Of a DNA stretch of 38,185 bases, positions 17,177 through 25,342 are shown piece after piece (positions within the stretch are counted from its first letter, which is position 1; the number at the start of each line of letters is the position of its first letter). The notes under the pieces were generated by a model, which was not told the DNA's origin, did not search any database, and saw only the letters and a list, made by a program, of their open reading frames with translations. The DNA lies in NCBI GenBank assembly GCA_016201285.1, contig JACQDE010000006.1, forward strand, positions 1-38,185, written 5' to 3'. Made by a program: the position numbers and the translations under genes. The stretch comes from Acidobacteriota bacterium (GTDB lineage: Bacteria; Acidobacteriota; Terriglobia; Acidiferrales; UBA7541).

Positions 17177-18724
17177 TCAATCGGTGATGCGGAAGAAGGT
17201 GCGCCAGGCGGGGTCCTGGTCAAAGCAGACGTCCAGGCGGTAGATGCCGGGCGTCATCGTGGCAATGGGGAATTTCCAATCCATGAATTTCAGGACGCCG
17301 GGGCGGAAATCCCGGCTATTTGACTCGCTCTGCACGATGAGCCGGTTGTCCAGATCATAGACTTTCAGACTGACCAGCGTTTTGCGTTTTTCCTTGGGGT
17401 CCACGCCGAGCAGGATGAAGAACTGCCCTTCCTTCCGGGAAAACTCGGATTTCTCTTTCACGGCGCGCGGGAGCTGCTCGTTGCGGAGAATCTCCGCGGA
17501 GAGCGTGCCGCTCATGACGTTCTCGTGGCCCAGAAGCGGCGGCGTCATGTGGCCGGCCTGGGCGAGTTCCGCAAGCGTTCCCATCCGGGGCGGATTCAAG
17601 GAAACCAGCGTGATGGGCACGGCCATCATGCCGCGAAGCGCCCCGCCGAGTTCCAGCGCGCCGATCGGATATCCAAAGCGGGTGCCCTGCAGCGTGTTCG
17701 CGCCGGGAATCAAGCTGCCGCCGGTGACGCCGATCAACTCTCCGTACTCGTTGAGAAGCGGGGCGCCAACGGCGGCGCGGGCGGAGGCGAAGGAGAGATT
17801 CAAGCGCTCGCCCGCGCCGGGAAAAGTGTTCTTCCCGATGATGTCGGCATCCACGATGACGTGGTTGCCTTCGGCAGGCACGTCGAGCGAGTAGCAGCGG
17901 TCGCCGACGGTCCAGGAATCCGCTGGCGCGCGCGGGAGCGCCGGAATCGTGCCCGCTTCCACCTTGAGGATGGCCCAATCCTGGCGGCGGTGGAACGCCA
18001 CCACCTGATTTGTCGTGACGGTGTTGCCGCCAGGCAGTAGAACGCGGAGGCTCGCCGCGCCGTCAATCACCTGGAAGGCGGTGACAACAAGATTCTCGCC
18101 GATGAAAAAGCCGGAGCCGGTGGAGAACTTGATGCCGCTCGCGTCGAGCTTTTGGATGAAGACGCTGGTGGCGAGGGCGCGCTTGTAAATCTCCGCGGGG
18201 GTAAGCGGGACGCGCGCGGGAGTGGCGGCGATTTCGGCGGGCTTCCCGTCGGCGACCACTTGGAACGTATGCGCGCCGGAGAGTTCGCCATCCACGCGGG
18301 CTTCCAGCGTCCAGAGGCCGGTCGGCATGTTTTCGCTCAGCAGCAGCGACCAGTAACCGCCAAAGCGCCGCTCGCGACTGTCGTATTCGAAATCGGAAAT
18401 CACGCTGACCTTGCCCTCGGGATTTTTCCAGAAGCCTTCAAAGCGATGATGGCCCGGCGGGCCTTCCCATTCGAAATACACGATCACTTGTTTGTCAGCG
18501 GGAACGTGGAAGACCGTGCGCGGGTCTTCGATGACGTAGCGGCCGCCCTGCTGCGAGCCTTTCGATCCGGATACGGCGCGGAGGACGCGGTACTTCGCGC
18601 CGCTGGCCTGCACCCCTCCGGCCTCCTGCGCGGCGAGGGGTGCCTGCGCGCTGGCAGTCATGCTCAAAACGACGGCGAGCTGCACGACGATGGCGAACTT
18701 CCGTTTTGCGTCCCGTGCAAACAT
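17177..18724 (-). CDS. Secreted trypsin-fold (S1C/Deg-like) protein, apparently catalytically inactive, with extra N- and C-terminal domains
   Basis: Signal peptide present. GSGFFIGENLVVTAFQVIDGA aligns to GSGFII..ILTNNHVVEGA with Q at the His position. DWAILKV holds the Asp. VGAPLLNEYGELIGV aligns to GNSGGPLVNLNGEVIGI with V at the Ser position. GGAGG RBS present. Confidence 0.65.
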   Translation of the reverse strand: MFARDAKRKFAIVVQLAVVLSMTASAQAPLAAQEAGGVQASGAKYRVLRAVSGSKGSQQGGRYVIEDPRTVFHVPADKQVIVYFEWEGPPGHHRFEGFWKNPEGKVSVISDFEYDSRERRFGGYWSLLLSENMPTGLWTLEARVDGELSGAHTFQVVADGKPAEIAATPARVPLTPAEIYKRALATSVFIQKLDASGIKFSTGSGFFIGENLVVTAFQVIDGAASLRVLLPGGNTVTTNQVVAFHRRQDWAILKVEAGTIPALPRAPADSWTVGDRCYSLDVPAEGNHVIVDADIIGKNTFPGAGERLNLSFASARAAVGAPLLNEYGELIGVTGGSLIPGANTLQGTRFGYPIGALELGGALRGMMAVPITLVSLNPPRMGTLAELAQAGHMTPPLLGHENVMSGTLSAEILRNEQLPRAVKEKSEFSRKEGQFFILLGVDPKEKRKTLVSLKVYDLDNRLIVQSESNSRDFRPGVLKFMDWKFPIATMTPGIYRLDVCFDQDPAWRTFFRITD

Positions 18725-18838
18725 CTTCAGGCAGCCTCCTGCAATCGGCAGGATTGTAACCGAAGTCGCCGTTTTACAGTAGGTGACGATACGAGGCGGT
18801 TATCGAACGTAGCGGCAGCTTTACGCCGCCACTCCCAT

Positions 18839-20620
18839 TTAGCGCCCGATCACCGGCAACACAATCCGCGACGCATTCTTCCGGTCGTGGTGGATGCGAA
18901 TCGTTGCCTTGTGCATCTCCGCCGATTCCATCTCCAGCTTCCCGGTGTGCAGGTTGCGCGAGAAATGCGGAAAGAACGCCGCGGAAATCTGCGCGCGGAT
19001 GCGGTGGCCTTTCCTGAAGAGGTTGCCGGTGATGAGGTTCTTCAGCTCGAGCTTATACACGCGACCCGGCTCGAGCAGTTCGCGCTTGCCGCCCGGATTC
19101 CGGTAGCTCGCGCGGAGCACGTCGAGCCCGGGGCTCATCAGATTCACCGCCTGTCCGTCGGGAGAAACGTCGAGGAGCTTCACCCACAAGTCGGTGTCCG
19201 GCGCGTCGCAGGAGATGTAAATCTCGGCCGTGATGTTGCCGACGACTTCCGTATCCTGCTCGAGCGGCGCGGTCTCGAACACCAGCACGTCGCTGCGCTT
19301 GGCCATTTCGCTGTAGTCGTGCCCGCCGCTGTACGCCGGATACGGATCGGTCACCGGCTTGGCCGGGTCGGAGATGAACGAGCTGGGCGCCACATCCTTC
19401 GTGGGCGCGCTCTGGCGGAGATCGCCGGCCTTGCCCGCGCCCGCGGCGAGATAAAGCGGCATTTGCTGCGTGCCGGGAATGGGCCACGCATCCGCCTCGC
19501 GCCAGGTGTTGCTGCCCATGACGAACACCCGCACGGACTTTTCTTTGTCCACGCCGTTCGCGATGCCTTTCACGTAGCGATCCATCCACCGCAGCACGAT
19601 TTCGTCGTAGTCAATTGCCGAGCCTGGGCCGAAGTCCCGCACGCCGGCTTTCGTTTCTTTCGTCGCGCCGACACCATGCACCCACGGGCCAATCAGAAGG
19701 TGCGCGCGCTTGTCCGTCTGTCCCTTGCGCGCCGCGACCACGCCCGAATAATTCGTCGTCGCGCCCTCGGGGCCGTAGGCTTCGTCGTACCAGCCGGAAA
19801 GGTTGAGCACGGCCGCATCGGTGCGGTCATATTTCCCGCGCAGCTCGCACCACTCCCACCACGCGTCGGTCGGCTCATGCCGCATCCAGTCGAAATACCA
19901 CGGCGCGATCTCGCGCAACTCGCCCAGCGCCGCCAGCGGCAGTCTCCCCTGCAATTTCGACCGGTCTTTCTCCCACGCCGCGCGCGCTTCCTCGCCGGTC
20001 TTCGGCCCGGGCAAATTCTTTTTCACGCGCACGTCCGGCGCGATGTTGTTCCAAATCCAGCCCGCCCACGAGCCGTCAAACACGCCGCCGGAGTAGAAGA
20101 AATTCCGTGGCGTGGAAAACGTCATCGCTGGAACCATGGCCTTCAGGTGCGGCGGTCGCTCCATCGCCGCGAGCCACTGCACCGCGCCGGGGTACGAAAG
20201 CCCGAACGTGCCCACCGCGCCGCTCGACCACGGCTGCTTCGCCGCCCACTCAATCGTGTCGTAGCCATCTTTGCCGTCCTGCTGGTAGGGCAGAAACTCG
20301 CCGGCGGAGGCGTAGCGCCCGCGGACGTCCTGCATCACCACGGCGTAGCCGCGCTCCGCCGCCTTGCGGTACGTCGCGTAGCTTTCCGGCGCGCGCCGCT
20401 TGTCGTACGGCGTGCGATAAACCAGCACCGGAAACGTGCCCGCGCCGGCCGGCCGCCAGATGTCCGCGCGCAGCACCACGCCGTCGCGCATCGGCACCGC
20501 AACATTGTCTTCTTTGACGATCTCCACCGGCGAGTCAAGCCCGAACCACATCACCCCGCAGATGTGCGCCAGCGCCAATGCCACCGGCAGCGAAAAAATG
20601 ATGAGGGCGACTTTTTTCAT
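18839..20620 (-). CDS. CocE/NonD family hydrolase (S15, X-Pro dipeptidyl-peptidase-like)
   Basis: Signal/anchor peptide. GLSYPG nucleophile elbow. N-terminal alpha/beta hydrolase plus C-terminal jelly-roll domain, typical of S15. Confidence 0.8.
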   Translation of the reverse strand: MKKVALIIFSLPVALALAHICGVMWFGLDSPVEIVKEDNVAVPMRDGVVLRADIWRPAGAGTFPVLVYRTPYDKRRAPESYATYRKAAERGYAVVMQDVRGRYASAGEFLPYQQDGKDGYDTIEWAAKQPWSSGAVGTFGLSYPGAVQWLAAMERPPHLKAMVPAMTFSTPRNFFYSGGVFDGSWAGWIWNNIAPDVRVKKNLPGPKTGEEARAAWEKDRSKLQGRLPLAALGELREIAPWYFDWMRHEPTDAWWEWCELRGKYDRTDAAVLNLSGWYDEAYGPEGATTNYSGVVAARKGQTDKRAHLLIGPWVHGVGATKETKAGVRDFGPGSAIDYDEIVLRWMDRYVKGIANGVDKEKSVRVFVMGSNTWREADAWPIPGTQQMPLYLAAGAGKAGDLRQSAPTKDVAPSSFISDPAKPVTDPYPAYSGGHDYSEMAKRSDVLVFETAPLEQDTEVVGNITAEIYISCDAPDTDLWVKLLDVSPDGQAVNLMSPGLDVLRASYRNPGGKRELLEPGRVYKLELKNLITGNLFRKGHRIRAQISAAFFPHFSRNLHTGKLEMESAEMHKATIRIHHDRKNASRIVLPVIGR

Positions 20621-20663
20621 GGAGCGAGACTAGCACCGCGCGACAACGGGAACAAGCGGGCGG

Positions 20664-21965
20664 CTATGGCGTCATAGATGCCGATCGAGCGCTGCGCCGC
20701 ACAAAGAGCCAGTTCACCAGCGCCACGACCGCAACGGCGATCACAATCTTCACGTGGTCGCGGTTCATCTGCAGCACCATCACCACGCAGAATGCAATTC
20801 CGCCGAGCGCAAAGAGCCAGCCGGCGGGCAGCCGGAACGCATCGGCGTTCGGCCGCGCGATGCGCAGCCGGATCAGCGCTGCGCACACCAGTCCGTAAGT
20901 GAACAGCCGCGCCACCGAGGAAAGAATCGCATTCCAGATGAAGCTGCCGTACACCGCCAGCGCCCACGCCAGCGCCGTGTACACCAGAATGGAAACGTAG
21001 GGTGTGCGGAACTTCGGGTGCACCGCCGCGAAGAACGGCGGGAAATCGCGCTGCTCCGCGAACGCATACGTCAGCCGCGGCGCGCTCACGAACTGCCCGG
21101 AAAGATACCCGTAGGTGGAAACCATCGCGCCCAGCGCGATCAGTCCGGCGCCGGTGTTCCCCAGAAAACTCCGCGCGGCATCGGCCAGCGGACGCTCGCT
21201 CGCGCCCGGGTCGGCCAGCGCGCCCATCACCACCAGATGGATCAGCGTGTAAAACACGGAGCAAGTGGCCAGCGCGACGAACAACGCGAACGGCGTGTCG
21301 CGCCGCGGGTTCTTCGCCTCGCCCATGGGCATCAGCGCCGCCTCAAACCCGCCGTACGCAAAGATCAGCGCCAGCACCGCTGCCATCCAGTTGTTCGTCC
21401 CCGCTGGCGACGCGCCCACGGAGATCTTTCCGCCCACAAAGTAGAGCCCCGCGACGACGAAGATCGCCAGTGGCGTCAGCTTTGCCGCCGTGAAAATATT
21501 GCTGAGTTGCGCCCCCGCGCGCACGCCGCGCACATTCACCACGGCCAGTGCGCCGAGCACGAGCGTCAGCAGCGCCGCGCGCGGCGCCGGCGAAGTGGCT
21601 CCTTTCCAGAATTCGCCGAGGTACAGCACGAAGACGTTGGCATTGGCCGCGGCCGACGTCAGCCGCACCAGCCACGCAAACCAGCCCATCTGCACGCCGG
21701 CGAACTGCCCGAACGTTTCCCGCGCGTAGAGATACGGCCCGCCCGCCTCGCGGAACTGCGACCCGACCTCCGCGAAGCAGGCCATGATGATGCCGATGCC
21801 CGCAGCCGCGATCAGGTAGGCATACGGCGCTGCGGGACCGAGCAGCCGCGCGACGTCGTCCGGCAAGCCAAAGATGCCGCTGCCGATGATCGAGTTCACC
21901 ACCAGCGCGGCCAGCGTCCACCGGCCGATGGCGCGGACGAGTTTGGGCGTGGAAGCGTCGCTCAT
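20664..21965 (-). CDS. APC family amino-acid permease
   Basis: Twelve TM helices. N-terminal NSIIGSGIFGLP motif typical of APC transporters. Lies 43 nt upstream of the S15 gene on the same strand. Confidence 0.8.
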   Translation of the reverse strand: MSDASTPKLVRAIGRWTLAALVVNSIIGSGIFGLPDDVARLLGPAAPYAYLIAAAGIGIIMACFAEVGSQFREAGGPYLYARETFGQFAGVQMGWFAWLVRLTSAAANANVFVLYLGEFWKGATSPAPRAALLTLVLGALAVVNVRGVRAGAQLSNIFTAAKLTPLAIFVVAGLYFVGGKISVGASPAGTNNWMAAVLALIFAYGGFEAALMPMGEAKNPRRDTPFALFVALATCSVFYTLIHLVVMGALADPGASERPLADAARSFLGNTGAGLIALGAMVSTYGYLSGQFVSAPRLTYAFAEQRDFPPFFAAVHPKFRTPYVSILVYTALAWALAVYGSFIWNAILSSVARLFTYGLVCAALIRLRIARPNADAFRLPAGWLFALGGIAFCVVMVLQMNRDHVKIVIAVAVVALVNWLFVRRSARSASMTP

Positions 21966-21986
21966 GAAGGATTGAAATGCGGCGGC

Positions 21987-21995
21987 ATTGTAACA
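21987..21995 (-). promoter_or_regulatory. Extended -10-like TGtTACAAT on the minus strand upstream of the APC permease
   Basis: Sequence match only. Sits between the PEP-CTERM terminator and the permease start. Confidence 0.25.
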
Positions 21996-22024
21996 GCTAG
22001 CAGGCGGCAGGGAGCGGGCAGTAG

Positions 22025-22061
22025 AAAAAAAGCGGGGCAGGAGGAAACCCTCCTGCCCCGC
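22025..22061 (-). terminator. Rho-independent terminator of the PEP-CTERM gene
   Basis: Minus-strand RNA reads GCGGGGCAGGAGG-GUUU-CCUCCUGCCCCGC-UUUUUUU. This is a 13-bp perfect GC-rich stem with a 4-nt loop and a 7-U tract, 29 nt after the stop. Confidence 0.8.
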
Positions 22062-22089
22062 CCACCCGAGGAGAGACAGCTATACAGAT

Positions 22090-22797
22090 TTATGAACTTT
22101 TCCGGCGCCGCCTCGCGGCGATCGCGGCCAGCCCGCTGCCCAGCAGCAGCAGCGTGCCCGGCTCCGGCACCGGCGTCACGGTCAGCGCGGAGACGCCGAA
22201 GTCGCTATTGCTGGCGTCAGTGGCGCTGCTGGTCGGTACGGCCCAGAATTGCAGCGTGTCGATCAGCGCCGACCCGAACGGATTGTTTACCGTCAGCATC
22301 CCGTTCTGCGTGCCAAAGAAGAAACTCGTGCCCAGGAACGAACCGTTAAACAGGTAGTTCACGGCGGCAATTTCCACGTTCGTATCGCCGCGCACGCCTG
22401 CCACGAACAGCTTGTTCAGGTTGAGCGTCGTGACGGTGACCGCCTTGCTGAACGTCATCTGCAGCACTTCCGGCGTCTGGAGGTCAATTTCGTCCTGGTT
22501 GTTTCCGCCGGTGATGCCGACGTAGGGCACAAAGCTGCTCGAGTTGCTGTCCAGCGTCACGCCGATGTTTCCGGGCGTGGAGGGCCACGGCTTAAAGCCG
22601 GTCATGGTGATCGTGCCCAGCCCGGGCACAGCGGCAACCACCGTGGACGGCCCAGCGCAGGTCCATGCGGTCGTCGGCACACAAGAACCCACGGGAACCA
22701 GCGGCCCGAGCAGAATCGGGATGCTGTTGGCCATTGCGGGCAGCGCGCCTGCAACGAGTATCAGTGCCAGAAACTTGATGAGCAGCTTGGCTTTCAT
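22090..22797 (-). CDS. PEP-CTERM sorting-signal secreted protein
   Basis: N-terminal signal peptide. C-terminal VPEPGTLLLLGSGLAAIAARRRRKSS (PEP motif, TM helix, Arg cluster) marks an exosortase substrate. ATG 22797. Confidence 0.75.
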   Translation of the reverse strand: MKAKLLIKFLALILVAGALPAMANSIPILLGPLVPVGSCVPTTAWTCAGPSTVVAAVPGLGTITMTGFKPWPSTPGNIGVTLDSNSSSFVPYVGITGGNNQDEIDLQTPEVLQMTFSKAVTVTTLNLNKLFVAGVRGDTNVEIAAVNYLFNGSFLGTSFFFGTQNGMLTVNNPFGSALIDTLQFWAVPTSSATDASNSDFGVSALTVTPVPEPGTLLLLGSGLAAIAARRRRKSS

Positions 22798-23016
22798 GCC
22801 TTTCTGCCTTCCTCCTACACTACCCCTCGTCCAATTTGTTGCACCTGCGACTCCAAACACCAAAGAAAGTACATGTGCTTTATTGTCAGCTAGTTAGACG
22901 GAGAAAGGGGAAACCCGCTGGCCGGTACCTGGTACTAAGCCGGTCCAACTAAGTGCACAGATTTGCAGCCGGTCGGTCTTTCCCCTACTGCACCAAAATG
23001 AACCGGCAGGATCTGC

Positions 23017-25134
23017 TTACTGCGGCCCGCCAAGCTGCCAGAAAAGGAATCCCAACTCATCCGTCGTGTCCGCAATCGTCTTGCTCACCGGACGCCCGCC
23101 GGAGTGGCCTGCCTTGGTGTCGTAGTGCAGCAGCACCGGCCGGTCCGATCCGGTGGCGGCCTGCACCAGCGCCGCCATTTTCCGCGCGTGCAGCGGATCG
23201 ACGCGCGTATCCGCGTCGCCGGTGACGAACAGCACCGCCGGATACTTTGTCCCTGGCTTCACGTTGTGGTAGGGCGAATACGCGCGGATGTACTTGAACT
23301 GCTCGGCGTCCTCCGAGGAGCCGTACTCCGGCACCCAGAAGCGCGCGACCAGGAACTTGTGGTAGCGCACCATGTCCAGCAGCGGGTAGGAGCACACCAC
23401 CGCGCGGAACAGTTCCGGCCGCTGCGTCAGCGCCGCGCCCACCAGCAGCCCGCCGTTGCTCCCGCCGGAGATCGCCAGCTTCTCGCTGCTGGTGTACTTG
23501 TTCTGGATCAGCCATTCAGCCGCGGCATAGAAATCGTCGAAGACGTTCTGCTTTTTCTCTTTCATGCCGGCCTTGTGCCACTCTTCGCCGAACTCCGCGC
23601 CGCCGCGCAGGTTGGCCACCGCATACACGCCCCCGCGCTCCACCCACAGCACCGCGCGCGCGGAAAACGACGGCGTCAGGCTGACGGCGAAGCCTCCGTA
23701 GGCGGTCAGCAGCGCCGGGCTCGACCCATCGAGTTTCAGCCCCTTTCGATGCAGCACGAACATCGGCGCCTTCGTGCCGTCCTTCGACGCGAACCACACT
23801 TGCTTCACTTCGAACTTCTCGCTTTCGATTGGCACATTCAACCGCGCCCACACTTCCGGTTTGCCCCCGCCCGTGTCCAGGCGATAGATCGTGGTCGGAA
23901 TCACGAAGGAGCTGAAACCGTAGAAGATTTCTTTCGACTTCCACCGCCCGCTGATGCCGCCGAGCGTGCCCAGCGCGGGCAGCGGCATTTCTCCCAGCGG
24001 CTTGCCATCTGCGGCGAACATCTTCACTTGCGAGCTGACGTTCCGCGTGTACTCGACGAACAGGCGCCCCGCCGCGGCTGCCACGCCCTCGATCACGGCG
24101 TCGCTTTCCGCGATCAGTTCCCGCCAATCCTCGCGCCGCGGATTGGCGAGCGCCACCGAGAGCACGTGGCCTTTCGGCGCCTTCCAGTTGGTCCACAGGA
24201 GCAGCTTGTCGCCCGCCACCGCCGGGATAAACCGCGCATCGATGTCGTTCACCACGATGACCAGCGGGCCGGGCTTCGCCACGTCCTGCAAGTAAATCTC
24301 CGTGCGGTCTGCCGACGCGCCGTGCAGCACAATGATGCCCAGGTAGCGCCCATCCTCGGTCAGTTCGGACGTAATGATCTTCTCCGGCCCGTAGCCCTTG
24401 CCGAAGATCTCCGCGTCGCGCGCCGCGTCCGTGCCCATCGCGTGGTAGCGCACCCGCGGGCCTTCCTTGTCCATGCGTGTGTAATAGAAGCCGCTCTTGT
24501 CCGGTTTGAGCGCGATGCCGAAGTACCGCGCCGCCGGCAACTGATCGGCCAGGTCCTTGCGTGAGTCCACATCCAGAAAGCGGATCGCAATCTCATCCGC
24601 GCCGCCCTGGCGCACGGCGTAGGCCGCCAGCGTGCCGTCGTCACTTACGCCCGCGAAGCTCACGCTCGTCCGGTGGTCCGCGCTCATCGGGTGCGGGTCC
24701 ACCAGCACTTCGTCCTGCCCGGCCAGCCCCTTGCGCACGTAGAGAACGGAGAGGTCCTGGTTCGCCAGTCGCTTCGAGAAGAAATACCGCCCGCCGCGCT
24801 CCATCGGCACGCCGACGGTGTCCACTTTCAGCAGCTCGCCCAGCCGCTTCTCGATCGCCGCGCGGCCCGGCAGGTTGCCGATTAGCGATTGCGTGTACTG
24901 GTTCTGCGCGTCAATCCACGCCCGCGTTTCCGGGGCGTTCTGCTCCTCGAGCCAGCGATAGGGGTCCACCAGCTCCACGCCGTGGAGCACTTCTTTGACG
25001 TTGTCCGCGCGCGTTGGCGGCGGCCCTTTGCGCTCCGCCTGTTGTGCCTGTGCAGACGGCAGCGCGAGCGCGGCGCACAGCAGCAGTACCGCCGCAAGAA
25101 TCCCCAGCGATTTGAGACGCAGAATTGAACGCAT
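23017..25134 (-). CDS. Secreted prolyl oligopeptidase (S9A family)
   Basis: Signal peptide. N-terminal propeller. Catalytic GGSNGGLL Ser, GDADTRVDP Asp and GHSGG His. Confidence 0.85.
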   Translation of the reverse strand: MRSILRLKSLGILAAVLLLCAALALPSAQAQQAERKGPPPTRADNVKEVLHGVELVDPYRWLEEQNAPETRAWIDAQNQYTQSLIGNLPGRAAIEKRLGELLKVDTVGVPMERGGRYFFSKRLANQDLSVLYVRKGLAGQDEVLVDPHPMSADHRTSVSFAGVSDDGTLAAYAVRQGGADEIAIRFLDVDSRKDLADQLPAARYFGIALKPDKSGFYYTRMDKEGPRVRYHAMGTDAARDAEIFGKGYGPEKIITSELTEDGRYLGIIVLHGASADRTEIYLQDVAKPGPLVIVVNDIDARFIPAVAGDKLLLWTNWKAPKGHVLSVALANPRREDWRELIAESDAVIEGVAAAAGRLFVEYTRNVSSQVKMFAADGKPLGEMPLPALGTLGGISGRWKSKEIFYGFSSFVIPTTIYRLDTGGGKPEVWARLNVPIESEKFEVKQVWFASKDGTKAPMFVLHRKGLKLDGSSPALLTAYGGFAVSLTPSFSARAVLWVERGGVYAVANLRGGAEFGEEWHKAGMKEKKQNVFDDFYAAAEWLIQNKYTSSEKLAISGGSNGGLLVGAALTQRPELFRAVVCSYPLLDMVRYHKFLVARFWVPEYGSSEDAEQFKYIRAYSPYHNVKPGTKYPAVLFVTGDADTRVDPLHARKMAALVQAATGSDRPVLLHYDTKAGHSGGRPVSKTIADTTDELGFLFWQLGGPQ

Positions 25135-25274
25135 GGCTCTTTCCTTTCTGGTCGGACGCTACCCGCACGGGCGGGAATGCGGAGATTAGCACAAGAACAG
25201 CGCGGTGAGCACCGCTCCGCGCTCGGCGCGCCGGGCGCGGGCCTGCGACAATTTCCCGCGAGGCAAACTTTCTT

Positions 25275-25283
25275 TGCTAGAAT
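25275..25283 (+). promoter_or_regulatory. Extended -10-like TGcTAGAAT upstream of the M28 peptidase gene
   Basis: Sequence match, 60 nt upstream of ATG 25343. Confidence 0.3.
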
Positions 25284-25304
25284 CGCGGCCTCTTCATGAA
25301 GCCG

Positions 25305-25316
25305 GTGACACGTCAC
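25305..25316. promoter_or_regulatory. Inverted repeat GTGAC-ac-GTCAC downstream of the putative -10, followed by GTCAGG-t-GTCAGG direct repeats
   Basis: Read directly. Operator-like position between the promoter and the RBS of the M28 gene. Confidence 0.3.
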
Positions 25317-25342
25317 AGGGGTCAGGTGTCAGGGGAAAACCG

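Noticed and set aside
18152-20677. 841-aa ORF antisense to the S1-like and S15 genes
   Set aside because: Spans two well-supported minus-strand genes and their intergenic region. Arg-rich, no motifs.
20754-22349. 531-aa ORF antisense to the APC permease, plus 21343..21921 and 20617..21264 minus-strand alternative frames
   Set aside because: The APC permease frame has 12 coherent TM helices. The others are Arg/Gln/Pro-rich artefacts.
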